A stretch of DNA of 64,000 nucleotides from Amoebidium appalachense (taxonomy: Eukaryota; Protista; Ichthyosporea): assembly GCA_963693365.1 (NCBI GenBank), contig CAVNZM010000004.1, positions 4,528,564-4,592,563 on the forward strand. Direction: 5' to 3'. Position 1 is the stretch's first letter; each line of letters starts with the position of its first letter. The translations under genes were made by a program, and so were the position numbers. The notes under the pieces are model-generated. The model saw only the letters and a program-made list of their open reading frames with translations. It did not search any database and was not told where the DNA came from. Positions 32,170-52,796 of this stretch are shown piece by piece.

Positions 32170-33041
32170 TTACTCGACCCCTACCTGGTGTGCTTTGTGC
32201 CAGCCACCGTCAGGGCCCTTTCACAACGCACCGTGTAGAGCATGTTGCGACAGTCGCCCACCCCAAGAAGCAGAACATCGTGACGGGTCCACTCCCTGGG
32301 TAGCTCCTGCATAGAAGGGGGGGAAGGGGGGAGGGGTAAGAGAAAGAAGGTGGTGGCGGGGAGTGGGTACGGTTGGTGGAGAGAAGGGAAAGAAGTTAGT
32401 ATGGGGCAGGGCCGGGGGGGAGGGGGGGAAGAAGGGGGCGGCAGCCCCCCGAGTGGGGGGTTGTTGACAGAACCACAGGAATGCCGGGTAGAAAAGGGAC
32501 TTGGCGTGTGCGTGTGCGTGTGTGTGTGGGGGGGGGGGGGGGAGGAGGGGGCGGGACCAATAAAGTGCAAGAAAATGGAGGGAAGGAGGGCGCGGGGGGG
32601 GGGGGGGGGGGAGAAGGAAAAGAGGGGCTTATTTTGGTTTTGAATCATGAGAAAGGATGATAAGGCGTGTGCAGGGGGCGGGGCGGGGTGGAAGGGGGTG
32701 GTGGTTGTGCGGAGCGGAAGAGGGGGGGGGGGGGGGGGGGGAGGAAGGGGGTTGCTGGCCTTGATAGAATCAAGTGGAAAAGACAACGAACAATGCGCTT
32801 AATGGGAAAGTAAGCAGCAACGGCGGCGGAAGCAGGCGTGCGGCGGGCGTGTGTGGGAAGGGAGGCGAGAGAGGAAAAAAAGATGAGGAGGGGGGGATAC
32901 TTGAGTCAGGAAGCGAGGGGGTGTGTTGCCTATTGGGTAGAAGAAGGCTACGTTGCGGAACACGTTGGGTGTTAGCGGCACAAGCAGCCGTGGCTGCGTG
33001 GCACTTGCGCCCTCCCATCCCTCCCGTGTGTGGGGAGCCAT
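23104..33041 (-). CDS. DUF4470-domain protein with C-terminal MYND zinc finger (about 1364 aa, 6 exons; one +1 frameshift in a G run near 23595)
   Basis: Phase-consistent exons 33041-32901 (FFYPIGNTP), 32306-32185 (DVLLLGVGDCRNMLYT), 30789-30663 (LDFTMCDLEAAILARNIILFQML), 29986-29137, 27862-27231 (IDTSNLSDSLGLVNIL) and 25327-23104. C-terminus CGVCGKREAKLCGRCKRVAYCGAACQRTDWPAHKVGC is a MYND finger. Confidence 0.88.
26458..27167 (-). mobile_element. Intronic sense-strand box element, composite copy (unit - spacer - internal region - unit)
   Basis: 26458-26850 is a near-identical reverse complement of 39570-39964. A second partial terminal unit lies at 27068-27167. Absent from the equivalent intron of the paralog (60974-61944). 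Confidence 0.85.
28005..28140 (-). mobile_element. Degenerate intronic box element copy
   Basis: Minus strand CTCTTGCTTATG...CTGATGTTGCATGCTACTTAAACATTTGC...CCTCGTATCGTGTTCCCCATTC then poly-C, colinear with the 39825 unit. Confidence 0.6.
30497..30590 (-). mobile_element. Degenerate intronic box element copy
   Basis: Minus strand GGATGGACTCTGC...GTGTACTTCGTATTCTGTAAGGCATTCTA then poly-C. The counterpart in the paralog is at 57730-57826. Confidence 0.65.
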
Positions 33042-33137
33042 GTTGTGTGTGTTGTCTTGCAAAGCAAACACACTGTCACATTCCAGGCTAGCTGTCGGGT
33101 AGAAACGAGTACTTCAGATTTCACCGAATTCGACTAT

Positions 33138-33263
33138 TAGTCTCCAAGGCTATGTACCCACTGGCTTACGCGTAAGTGGCTGGGCACTACTACGCCGCGG
33201 GACCGCCGCGGCAACATCCAAGATTGAGCCAGGCCGCAGGGAGACAGCACTCAACGGTGACTA
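33138..33263. mobile_element. Internally deleted copy of the TAGTC...GACTA MITE in a divergent promoter
   Basis: TAGTCTCCAAGGCTATGTACCCACTGGCTTACG...GCACTACTACGCCGCGGGAC and TTGAGCC.GGCCGCAGGG.AGACAGCACTCAA..GTGACTA match both ends of 14229-14591. No clear TSD. Confidence 0.8.
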
Positions 33264-33568
33264 ATACTGAGACTCAGACAGCATTTGTAATATGATGTAG
33301 TCTACATACAGAAGACCTTAAAGAGAGATTTTGAAAGGCGGCTCTTTCTTAATATGCTGATGAGAAGGCCAAATGTGACGTAATCCTGATTGGAGTAGAG
33401 GCTCAGGTGACGTTTGCCAGTTGATGCCACTTGAGCCACTTGAAGCTCGATCGTCGACAATTCCGCAGTTGTGCTTTCTAAACAATCCTTTTCCGACCTA
33501 TGTACTTTGCTGGTTTCTGGAAGTATGCCAACATCCACAGTCAGCTTGAAAACTAGCCAATCCCCAAC

Positions 33569-41960
<8,392 letters not shown>

Positions 41961-41961
41961 G

Positions 41962-41999
<38 letters not shown>

Positions 42000-42434
42000 G
42001 GGGGGGGGGGAGAGGGGGGGGGGGGGGATGGGGAGGGGGGGGGGAGGGGGGGAGGCGCGGAAAGGGGGGGGGAGGGGGGGGGGGGACAGAGAGGGATGGA
42101 GGGGGGGAGGCAGGGGGGGGGGGGGGGGGGGGGGGGGAGGGGGGGATTATTCCTTCACCTTACTGTTCACAGGCACACACATGCATATACAATACATGTA
42201 CATACGAAGCATACACATGCACGTGCATCTGTACACATGAGGTACATAAACACACCACGATAATAATATTAGCATGCGGTGTGATTGCTTGCGCACGTGC
42301 GCACGGGGCAGATCTTCATGTGTGCACGTATACACATACCACATACACTCGCGGATAAACATAAATGCACATGTGTATGCGCACATGCGAACATTGCCTT
42401 TTGAGGCAGGCAGGTGCCCGTTCACACACACACC

Positions 42435-42521
<87 letters not shown>

Positions 42522-43014
42522 GGTAACAGACAAAACGTGCACAACCTTGAACGGCAAACACTGCCCAGCCCGACGCTTGTGCACATACACCACGTTTTCC
42601 GGGGCTGGTATGTAGATTTTACAGATTTTATGATCAAAGTGCACTTGTGACTTGAAATTCCTTTTCTTTAAATAATTTTCTTTAACATTGCATCCACACA
42701 AGATCATCATAAATCATAAGTGGAATGTATTGCGATCTGCGTGCTTCTCCACCAAATATTTGATAGGAATTTGCCTTTGTTTGTCACCAATAAGGAATAT
42801 ATTCGGCCCCAGTGGTTTAGAGGACCTCCCAGTTTTTTTTTAACATGTACAGGGCATCCGTGTTTATTGTTTGATCTGTATTGTTTATTTGTACCATCTG
42901 CGAAGGTTGAATGTTCACATAATTCTTGCCATACATGATATTGAGATGATATGCAAAGGTTTGTTTGCCTTTTACATCCTTGGCAATATTTCGCCTGATA
43001 GGTTTAAATATTCC

Positions 43015-43083
43015 GTTGATATGTGACGTGATGTAATTATGTTTAATCCTGTTGATATGTGACGTGATGTAATTATGTTTAAT
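43015..43083. repeat. 36-bp tandem duplication
   Basis: GTTGATATGTGACGTGATGTAATTATGTTTAAT x2. Confidence 0.85.
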
Positions 43084-43176
43084 GCTGACTTTCAAATCTA
43101 ATGCCATCTAGTATGCTTTGTGGCCATAATGAGTACATACTATAGCCAGGTGTCCCAAAGATGCACTCGATGTACA

Positions 43177-43212
<36 letters not shown>

Positions 43213-43647
43213 ACATACACACACACTGTGGGCACACACGTGCACACCGTACACAGTATAGTTAGTTGTTCATGTTGTACATGTCCCCCAAACTGGTCCA
43301 GATCCACCGACTTACTCAACCACCGCCGGTATCAAAATTACCGCTCACCACTAAACCAACCACCATATTCCCCCCGCATCCCTCCCTACTATGCCTAGTA
43401 ACACGTTGCACCGGTCAAAGCACAATTGTACAACATGTGTGGGCGTGCTTGATTCGAACGTACACATGCAAGCACACGTTTTCAAACATGCGAGTTGAAG
43501 GACACCCATAAGTACATGTACATACCAACTCACGTGCCGCCCAGAACTAGTTGGCACTCGCGCATGAGCACATACGTATACATATGCACACACAAACACG
43601 CTGTCACATACACGCTTGCACAATATTAGAAAAACGACATACATACT

Positions 43648-43829
43648 ATGGGGTGGTAAGAGCAAGAATCACCGTGTTTTGACGACATGGGGATGTGAGC
43701 CGAATGCCCAAAGTTTGCCTCGATTTGATTGGTGGCTGACATGCCGAACCAATCAAATCGAGGCAGATTTCACCATGTGGCTCACATTCCCATGTCGTCA
43801 AAACACGATTCTTGCTCTGACCACCCCAT
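43648..43829. mobile_element. Palindromic fold-back element (MITE-like)
   Basis: Left arm ATGGGGTGGTAAGAGCAAGAATC..CGTGTTTTGACGACATGGG.ATGTGAGCC...TGCCTCGATTTGATTGGT is the near-perfect reverse complement of the right arm. Loop about 15 nt. Confidence 0.8.
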
Positions 43830-44412
43830 GGTGCAGCCACGTTCGCCGGAGACCCCATGCCCGTGTTTCTTTTCGGCTCCATGACAGTACACAGAGGCCA
43901 CGTGTTTGCACGTTGAGAGTTTGCACGTTGAGAGATGGGTCAAGAGTTTTATTACCAATTTTTCAGTAAATTTTTAAATTCATTTTCTTTTTGTCCGGAT
44001 ACCGTACACAAAAAATCGAAGAAAAACATTCGGTTTGTTAGACTAATAGGAAAACGAATATATAAACTACTATTACTATTAATAGTAACTATTCCTCTGT
44101 AACGGTACAAGGGAAGGAGTAGGTAGTAACTTCTTGCTGCTTTCAAACAATGTCATATTCTTTCAGTACAAGCCACCCAATCACAAGAAGTTCACAACCA
44201 ACATGTAAGCACAAAACCTGACATAAAACTCACACATGTGACAAAGGACATAACCCCTTATCAAATTGGTTTGGCCTAAATACCCCATAATTTCAAAGTC
44301 TTATGATAGAGCCCTGTTGCCTATCTGTAGTCTACAAAGCGGTTACCCTAAACAGCCATCTAAATCTATCAGGCCCAGGTGGTACAAGGGAAGTGACGTC
44401 ACATGTATGACG

Positions 44413-44511
44413 TCACTGTGACTGATCCCCCTGTGGCTGCTTATCCCCGGTGGAAGCACTGAACGTGTTGAAGTCGATGGTGATGCTTGTGGCCTTGGGC
44501 ACAAATTGCCT

Positions 44512-44602
<91 letters not shown>

Positions 44603-44667
44603 AGGTGATGGTGGTGGGAGGGGGGGGGGGGGGGGGGGGGGGGTGAATGTGTGTGTGTGCGTGTGTG

Positions 44668-44741
<74 letters not shown>

Positions 44742-44794
44742 CGTGCGTGTGTTATTGTGATTATGGTGGCGGGAGCGAGAGGTGGTGTGTGTGT

Positions 44795-44833
<39 letters not shown>

Positions 44834-44965
44834 GGGGGGGGGGGGGGGGGTGGTCATGGTGGTGGGGTGTGCCTTCGTGTCAGATACGCAAGTTATGAGG
44901 GAGCGAGCACATACACCATACCCTCACTTTCCGTCAAACCCCCCCTCCCCCCCCTCCCCCCCCCC

Positions 44966-45000
<35 letters not shown>

Positions 45001-45466
45001 CCTCACTACACCACCCTCCTGCTAAACAGGGAGCAACGTCGACACAACCCAAGACTCCAATCAAACGGCGCAAAAAAAAAACGAGCCCTTTTGTCCTTTC
45101 AGCAGAGTGATTTCTTACTACACTAGAAGTTCTCTGGCTGTTTGTTTGTTATTCTGGTACTGCAATCCTTGGAGGGGGGGCGAGGGGGAGTTGAGAGGGG
45201 GAGTAGGGGAGGGGAGGGGGACGGGGGATGGGGGAGGGAGGATGGGATAAGAATGTGTTTCAGAGTACAAGTACACATTTTCAGCAGACAAACGATGCAG
45301 ACTTTGCAAAAGGCAAAAGGCCATCCTCAGCAGAGTGCCCAAGTCATCCACAGGTTCCAAATTTCGACTCATTCACCTCTTGTGCAAACACCAACTCAGA
45401 TACTGCATCACTTACACCATGGGTGGTTCACCCGTCTTGATCAGAGACGAGTAGAGAGGGGATGGG

Positions 45467-45501
<35 letters not shown>

Positions 45502-46560
45502 AGAAGGTGAGGGGGAAGAGGAAGAGGGGGAAGGGGGGAAGGAGGGGGGGGGGGAAGGGAGAATTTCATACTGGCACGTGACACCTGCCATATCGAGCAG
45601 GCGGCGGGAGGCCACAAACTCCATCTTATCGTGGTACTTGTCGGAGCAGTAGATCACCTTGCGGATGCCCGACTGGATGATGAGCTTGGCGCATTCTGGA
45701 TCCATGCATAAGATTAGAACCTGCACCGCCGCACATGCCTCGGTGTCCATTTAAGCCGCAGAAACACATGCACATATGCCTGCCCTACCTCCCCCTCCTC
45801 CCTTTCCCTCCCCGATACGCCCCCCCGTCCCTTTCGTGCCATCCCCCCCCCCCCCCCCCCCCCCTTCCTCCCCTCCCCCCCCCCCCCTCCCCCACCTCCC
45901 CCCACTATGCAGATCGCTGCAAGCAAATTACCGGTGATCAGCACCCCCCTCCCCCCCCCCCCTCCCCCCCCCCCCCCCCCTCCCCCCTCTCCCCATTCTT
46001 CCTCCCTGGGACACATAGGAAGCACATGACAGACACTTACACACCATCCATCCATCAAATATATGTCCACAAAAGTGCATTTAAACTCATCCTAGAACAA
46101 TACGAATCTTGCACCAAACACATGCAAGAAAACCCAGAACATACACACATTACAACGCCATTAGAACATAAAATCCACATTCAACTACTATCATCATACG
46201 ACACCTCGGTTTTCCCTCATTCTCTGCCCTATAATTTTCGGTACACACCACACACAGTCACTTACCGTTGCATGGAAACAGTGCAACATACATGGTGCAG
46301 TTTTTGACGTTTGCCGAGTTCTTATTCAGAATAGCGTTTAGTTCTGCATGGCACACATACGGGTACCTGGGGGGGGGGGGGGGGGGGGAGGGGGGTTGTG
46401 TAGAAAGGGTTAAGAACACAGACAGTTCGTAGGTGACAGTACTCCCCCCCCCCCCCCCCACCCAAAAAAAAACAAACTGGTAAGCACATATGCACACGTG
46501 TGTGCACAAACACACGCACGCGCGCACACACACACGCACACACCCACTCACACACTCACT

Positions 46561-46591
<31 letters not shown>

Positions 46592-46673
46592 GCGCGCGCA
46601 CACACACACGAACTCTGTCTCTCTCACTCTCGATCATCTCCCCCATCCCACATCCCCCCACGCCCCCCGCCCC

Positions 46674-46704
<31 letters not shown>

Positions 46705-47072
46705 TTTCCCTCCCCCTCTCCACCCACCCCGTCCTCCCCACCACAACCCTCCAACCCTCACACACACAAATCTATCAACCCACCTCTCTATCACCTTAGT
46801 AGTCACCTCCCTCCTTCTCTATCCCCCCCTCTCCCCCCCCCCCCCCCGGGCGGCCCACATCCACCGATCTACCGACCCATCCTTCCTCACACCATCCCAA
46901 TCATCATCCCTTCCTCCTCACCCTTTCATTACTCCCACAAAACCTGAGGCACATCCCTGCCCTCCCTTCCCAATCCCTCCCCCCCCCCCCCCCCCCCCCC
47001 TCCCCCCCTCCCCAGAGCCCACCATTCCCCAGCACACACACACGTGCGCGCGTGCGTTCGGACAGGCACAAA

Positions 47073-47126
<54 letters not shown>

Positions 47127-47159
47127 CACACACACACGGACACACACACACACACATAC

Positions 47160-47256
<97 letters not shown>

Positions 47257-47394
47257 GCACGGACACACACACACACACGCACGCACGCACAGACACGGAG
47301 ACACACGAAAGAACAGAAAGGGAGGGGAAAAACCCAACAAAAAAGACAACTCCCCCCCCCCCAAACCCCCACCCCCTCTTCTCCCCCTCCCCCC

Positions 47395-47439
<45 letters not shown>

Positions 47440-49393
47440 AAAAAAAAAACACACTTTGTGTCCAGGGGGTCATCTGCATGGCGGGCCCAGGGCAGGTCGT
47501 CATCGTTGCAGCCGTTGGGCATTCCATTGTAGCCAATGCCCACTATCTTCTTCTCCTCATTTACTATGCACGCACCAACTGCCAGATATGGAAGGTCAGA
47601 TAAATATGGAAGGTGGAATGGTGCAAAACCAACTAAATGAACTGCCTTATATGGAAAACGCACAAACATGGAGGGCAAGTCGGTACCAAGTCAGCTAACA
47701 TTAACGGCCAAATATGCAAAACACGCACAAATATGGAAGATGGAATGGTACCAAATCAATTAACTGCCATTGCTGGGAAGTCGGACAAATATGGAAGGCT
47801 GGTTAGTACCAACCAAAGTGCCATACATCGGAGGCTCTACAAGACTGGATATGGAAGGTGGCATAACGCAACACCATACTAGTGCAATAGAGCATCCTTT
47901 TTTGGAAGGATGGGTATGTTTCGATACAAGCATCAATGGCAGGACGACCTCCTAAGTCTGACAGACTTTGTACTTATGGGGTCCCCCCTCCCCCCCTCCC
48001 TCCCTCCCCCCCTCCCCCCCCCCCCATGTGCGTAAACAAAGGGATCAATATTGGGGTGCACACAGAACCGGGGTGTATCATAGTGCTCTCTTAAAGTCAA
48101 CACGGCAACCAATATTGCACCCTATGTGTGTGTCCCACCCCACTACCATCCCCTCCTCCCAACCTCCTACCCTTTTCTCCCTCCTCCCCTCCCCTCCCCC
48201 CACCCCAACCCACAACTCTATCTTCTAACCTCATCCTATTCGATTGCTCGACCCTATGTGGCATATTGAAAGAAACCTTAGCCCTCACACACACACCCAT
48301 GCAAGCTCTTCCGCACCACTTACACCCGCTTCCCCCCTCCCCTCCCCCCTTCCCCCCTCCCCCCGCCCTCCCCCCCAAAAAAACACTTTCTCCGCCTCCC
48401 CCTCCCCCCCGCCCCCCCCCGCCCCCCTCTTCGCATCTCCCCCTCTGCCCCATTCAACACCACCAGCTTGCAACCCCTCGTAGGTAATCACCGCCACATC
48501 CACCCGGCTAAATAGGCTTATTCTCCGTCACACGTCGGATCTCAAGCAACAAAGCACACGCACGGCAATAATACTCACCCTGTGAGTTGGGGTCTTTTGA
48601 GCGCTGAGCAGAGAGGAAAGCCACAGCCATAAAGTAGTCATCCCAGCAGATGTAACCTGTTTACAAGAACATGTAATGTGAGCCAGTATGTTCGTGAGAT
48701 GTCGGGTGTTACAAACGGAAGGTGTGCAAGTTTTCAGAGACCCGAAAGAGAGGTGCAAAGAGTATGCCAAAGAGGTTTCCGCATAAATGCAAACGGTGAG
48801 GGTGGAAAACAGGTATTACAATAAACTTGGGACACAAAGGCCATTCATCGTATAGGGAATCTTTATAGAGGGTTGAGACAGTAACGATGGTGAATTCACG
48901 CATCGGATGAAGAATAGGGACGAAGTTTGCAGCAAACGACAAATGAGTCGTGTAAGGTAGTGGGAGGGAAGGGGAAGGCTGCCTTCGGCTTTCTTTACGA
49001 AGAGCACGCGCGCGTGTGTGTGTGTGTGTGTGTGTATGTGTTTGTGTGTGTGTGTGTGTGCGTGTGTGCGTATGCGTGTGCGCACGCGTGCATGTATGTG
49101 TGTGCGTGCGTGCGTGCGTGTGCGAGCGAGCACGTGTGTGTTTGTCTGTGTTTGTGTGTGTGTATACACACGCGCGCCTCGACCACGGAGAAATGAATAC
49201 GCGTACCTTCTCTCTTGCGCGTCTGTTTCTCTGCTGCTGCGCTTGTGGTAGCTACAGTCATCTTCTGCATTGAACCACCTACGGGTAAACTAAAAAGGGG
49301 AGGGCTGTGTGGTAGACGAGGGATAGACCTCAGTGCTTGCTGTAGTAACGGTGCACGTGAAGGGGCAAGTGTGTGTTTCAGCAAAGAAAGCAT
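44413..49393 (-). CDS. DCTD: dCMP deaminase (deoxycytidylate deaminase), 236 aa, 6 exons
   Basis: Phase-consistent exons 49393-49207, 48656-48579, 47578-47455, 46366-46266, 45695-45572 and 44509-44413. Motifs [46 protein letters not shown] and [16 protein letters not shown] (HAE / PCxxC zinc site). Confidence 0.96.
45250..45450 (-). mobile_element. Degenerate intronic box element copy (internal region plus terminal unit)
   Basis: Plus-strand CCATCCTCAG..CCCAAGTCATC...CCAACTCAGA...GGGTGGTTCACCCGTCTTGATCAGAGACGAG aligns with 26583-26718. Confidence 0.7.
47584..47915. repeat. Degenerate approximately 60-bp periodic array next to a DCTD 3' splice site
   Basis: ATATGGAAGG-like cores at about 47586, 47603, 47648, 47667, 47730, 47789, 47848 and 47901, with partly conserved GTACCAA/AACTGCC between them. 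Confidence 0.55.
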
Positions 49394-50241
49394 GTCTCCG
49401 AATACATAAGCGGTGTGTGGTGTATAACTACTCGACTATGAATATGTGCATGCCTCCGAAGCAAAACGTAGACTCTGTCGAGCGGCCTGCAGGGAAGAAA
49501 TGTGATCTCGAGACTCAGCAGTCAGTGAGTGAACTGTGTCTCTGTGCCCTTCGGCTTCAAGAGTCTTGGAATCTTGTGGAATGTGAAGCACCATCATCAT
49601 AATCGTCCTACGATTGGCTCACGTTCCCGCCAAATTTTAAAATTTGCTGAGTATTATTATTGGTTCTTTGCCCGCCTTTTTTTTTGTGGGCCTACGGCCA
49701 GCTCCGAGGACCGAGGCTATCATACTGAGTGCCAACCAACTTGCCAAGGCCTCCTGGGGAGATCATCCCGAGTAGGCCTGTACAGCAATATAGTCTTTTT
49801 GCTCAATAAGCGACAACCTCCTCTGCTGTATTATTTAACAAATCTTTTTAATTGAGTTCCCTTCCCGCTGCTGCATTCGTGTGCAAAAGTAGGTGTTCCA
49901 GTCCACATGCCCAAGCATACGCACAGAAAAAATGGAGAGGTAATCAGGGCAAGGGATGGGGGGTTTCTAAGCCATAGCCTTCAAGTTGTCGCTAATGTGT
50001 AATTGTAAATACGGAGGTAGCCCGGCGTGCCAACTCATGATACCCGTGCGGTATTGTCACACATTCATACGCGGTCGCGTTGTTGTACACAAGGCAAGTC
50101 CTACATATGTGAACTGTTATAAAGGTTTACAGGGGTCATTCAGGATTAAGATGATTCACCTATAAGATAAGTAGTACTAGATCATGGAAAAAAATTAAGA
50201 TTCTAGGGGCTATTGAGGCCGGGGGGAAAATAAGATAACGG

Positions 50242-50283
<42 letters not shown>

Positions 50284-50439
50284 TCGGGAGATGGGACTGT
50301 TGCTTCCCCACTTATAATTAGTCTAGTCTAGTATTATTATTATTAGGCTGTGCACAACCTGAAAAGCCCTTCTGTGCAGCAGATCATATTTCTTGTTGAG
50401 TAGCTTCGTTACCAATCAACAGAGTCTGACCGAAAAAGT

Positions 50440-50507
<68 letters not shown>

Positions 50508-50514
50508 GTGTGCG

Positions 50515-50633
<119 letters not shown>

Positions 50634-50729
50634 CAGTGTGTGTCTGTGTGCAACCGGCTACGAACGAGTGTAACGTTTACATTAATGGGCCCACGGTGCC
50701 CGGACAGGGACTCCCCGGCTCTACTATGC

Positions 50730-51138
50730 TGTACATTTGGCTTTTGTGTTCGTTTGTCACTGTGTGTGTTTGTGTGTGTGTGTGTGTTTGAGTCTGCAGC
50801 CGAATCACGGTGCACGGTGTGTGTGTGTGGCCCCCTTCCCCCCTTCCCCCCCCTGGCCTGTGGGTCCTTTTTTTGGAGCTGCAGTTTTTTTTTTTTTTTC
50901 TTTCTTTCTTTCTTTTTTTTTTTTTCGGGGGGGGGGGGGGGAAGGGGGAGGGGGGGGGGGAGGAGGGGGGGGGCTGTGCGAAAATGTGTGCATATGTTTG
51001 TGTGACTGGACATTTAGAAATTGTGCTCGTTTGTCACTGGGTGTGTGTGTGTGCGTGTGTGTGTGTGCACGTGTGTATATCACAATGTGTGTGTGTGTGT
51101 TTGTGTGTGTGTTTCCGTGTGACCGTGCACGGTGTGTG

Positions 51139-51188
<50 letters not shown>

Positions 51189-51425
51189 CTCCCGTTTCCT
51201 CCTCCTGTCCTGTGGGTCCTCTTTATTTTTTTTCTTTTTTATTTTTTTACTTTTTTTTTTTTTTTTTTTTGCAGGGAATTTTTTTTTTGGGGGGGGGGGG
51301 GGGGGGGAGAGGTACGGTCAAGGGGGGGGGGGGGGGGGGGGTTTGCGAAAATGTGTGCATATGTCTGTGTGTAAAACATTTGGATTTTGTGCTCGCTTGT
51401 CACTGTGTTTTTTGTGTGCGTATGG

Positions 51426-51467
<42 letters not shown>

Positions 51468-51742
51468 TCCGTGTGACGGTGCACGGTGTGTGTGTGCGTC
51501 TCCCCCCAACCTCCCCCCTTACCTCCCCCCCCCCTCTCCCCCCCCCCCCCCCCCCCCGGGGGGGGGGGGGGGGGGGGGGTCGTGTGAAAATGTGTGCAGA
51601 TGTCTGTGTGTTCATTTGGATTTTGTGCTCGTTTGCCACTGGGTGTGTTTGTGTGTGTGGTGTGTGCGTGTGCAAGTGTGTATCACAATGTGGGTGGGTG
51701 GGTGTGCCCGTGTCTCCGTGTCATGGTGCACGGTGTGCGTGT

Positions 51743-51814
<72 letters not shown>

Positions 51815-51840
51815 CAGGAAAGACGAAGGACCCACAGGAC
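50730..51840. repeat. Four degenerate tandem units (about 240-370 bp) punctuated by homopolymers
   Basis: Cores CATTTGG.TTTTGTG.TCGTTTGTCACTG at about 50733, 51010, 51376 and 51613. Each is followed by GGTGCACGGTGTG; units 1-3 also by GAAAATGTGTGCA. Confidence 0.8.
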
Positions 51841-51888
51841 CGGGGTGGGCGGCCGGGTGGGTGAGCAGGTGGGAGGGCCCCAAAAAAA

Positions 51889-51925
<37 letters not shown>

Positions 51926-52354
51926 GGGGGAGATTAGATAATAATGAACCCCTACGGCCGAAAAACCTTTAGATTTTAGACCCTAAACCGTATTTACCTG
52001 TTATTTTTAAAGTGAGTTACCCCTGTAATTGCGTAGGTATGTAGGCGCTCAAGTGAAAAAGCCACACGTTAACAGTGCAGGCAAACGGCTTGGCAGTGTT
52101 TTGATTACTGTTTGTAAAAACCGCCCCTGCAGTAAACCTATGAAGCAATGATGGAGTGTTCACGTAGATTCAGGTGGATTAATATGTAACATATTAATAC
52201 ATGTCTCTTTGTCCAGCGTCACCCCAACTGCAACGCCTTATATGTGATGCGTGGGCGCCACCTTTCCCGTGATCTTTTTGTTCCCTCGTGGGGGGAAGAG
52301 GCGGGGGGAGGGGGAAGGAGGAGGGAGGGGGAAGGAGGAGAGGGTGGGGCGGGT

Positions 52355-52385
<31 letters not shown>

Positions 52386-52796
52386 GGAAGAGAGGTGGTT
52401 GGATTCTCATGAATACCTTAGGTAAACACATCACGTGGACCACTCTGCGGACCCTCGCCTATCATGTTGGGCGTTTATGCTGCTCCCGTATGTGCACATG
52501 CCTACCTTACTCATTAGATCCGAGGGTGTGCAACGTAGATGTCGTAAGTTTTTGACACGCAAACACTCTCCTCGTGCATCGTTCATTCCTATGCACACAG
52601 TGCACAATATTGTACTTCTACCGAAAAGGGAAAACTGAAGGAGTTTATACATAAATAAAATTTCGGCTACCCAGCAGAAACAGGTATGATAAACTATGCA
52701 CAAGCCTTGTTCGAGGCATACTACCACAAAAACCCGAAACATGACTTGCATCGTTATAACTGCAATACACTTCCATAGCCCAGGCCTATCTTGCTG

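Noticed and set aside
47584-47915. Short repeat with variable spacers (CRISPR-like)
   Set aside because: The core is only about 10 bp and degenerate, spacing is irregular, and the spacers resemble each other.
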